Assembly: GCA_041660365.1 (NCBI GenBank)
Contig: JBAZWK010000003.1
Coordinates: forward strand, 1-45,264
Direction: 5' to 3'
Origin: Candidatus Shapirobacteria bacterium
GTDB taxonomy: Bacteria; Patescibacteriota; Microgenomatia; UBA12405
DNA: 45,264 bases
Part shown: piece after piece, positions 45,249-45,264 of the stretch
Numbering within the stretch: position 1 is the stretch's first letter
Layout of the letters: each line of letters begins with the position of its first letter
Program-made: the position numbers and the translations under genes
The notes under the pieces: generated by a model
What the model was told of the DNA's origin: nothing
The model's input: the letters and a program-made list of their open reading frames with translations, nothing else
Databases searched by the model: none

Positions 45249-45264
45249 AGAAAAATTTTTTCTA

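Noticed and set aside
1-45264. CRISPR arrays, tRNA/rRNA genes, IS elements, integrases and phage or defence genes.
   Set aside because: No regularly spaced repeats were seen. No intergenic gap is long enough for a tRNA cloverleaf except 479-653, which has none. No transposase, recombinase, nuclease or ATPase-type ORFs are present, and essentially all DNA is accounted for by the CDSs listed.

Overview
AT-rich, very compact, almost entirely plus-strand window with many overlapping start/stop codons and no tRNA, rRNA, CRISPR array or transposase. The style fits a reduced-genome bacterium, possibly Patescibacteria/CPR of the Microgenomates type; that placement is inference only. RF2 is present and TGA is used as a stop, so the standard code applies. 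Nt 1-17,100 are housekeeping and envelope genes: HD hydrolase (5' partial), serS, secA, an HD + histidine-phosphatase fusion, a DHH/DHHA1 phosphoesterase, typA/bipA (minus strand), a C39-like peptidase, a cyclophilin lipoprotein, a DsbA-like CPHC thioredoxin-fold protein, prfB, an LCP ligase, ftsE-ftsX followed by a frameshifted coiled-coil cysteine peptidase, and a surface protein with an SPNTG sorting signal. From nt 17,154 to the window end (and apparently beyond) lies a 28-kb, 24-gene glycosylation island. It holds 13 large polytopic GT-C-like membrane proteins in about five paralog families, 8 soluble GT-A/GT-B glycosyltransferases (two Dpm1/GtrB-like), one Wzx/MOP flippase and two small membrane-anchored proteins. 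No priming phosphoglycosyltransferase, Wzy/Wzz or sugar-nucleotide genes are visible. This island is the strongest candidate for an undescribed system: an extracytoplasmic glycan assembly line fed by lipid-linked sugars. A second window-wide signal is that unit-leading genes carry (extended) -10 boxes 5-8 nt upstream of the start codon and no Shine-Dalgarno, which suggests mostly leaderless mRNAs. All family assignments come from motifs read by eye and need HMM or structure confirmation.
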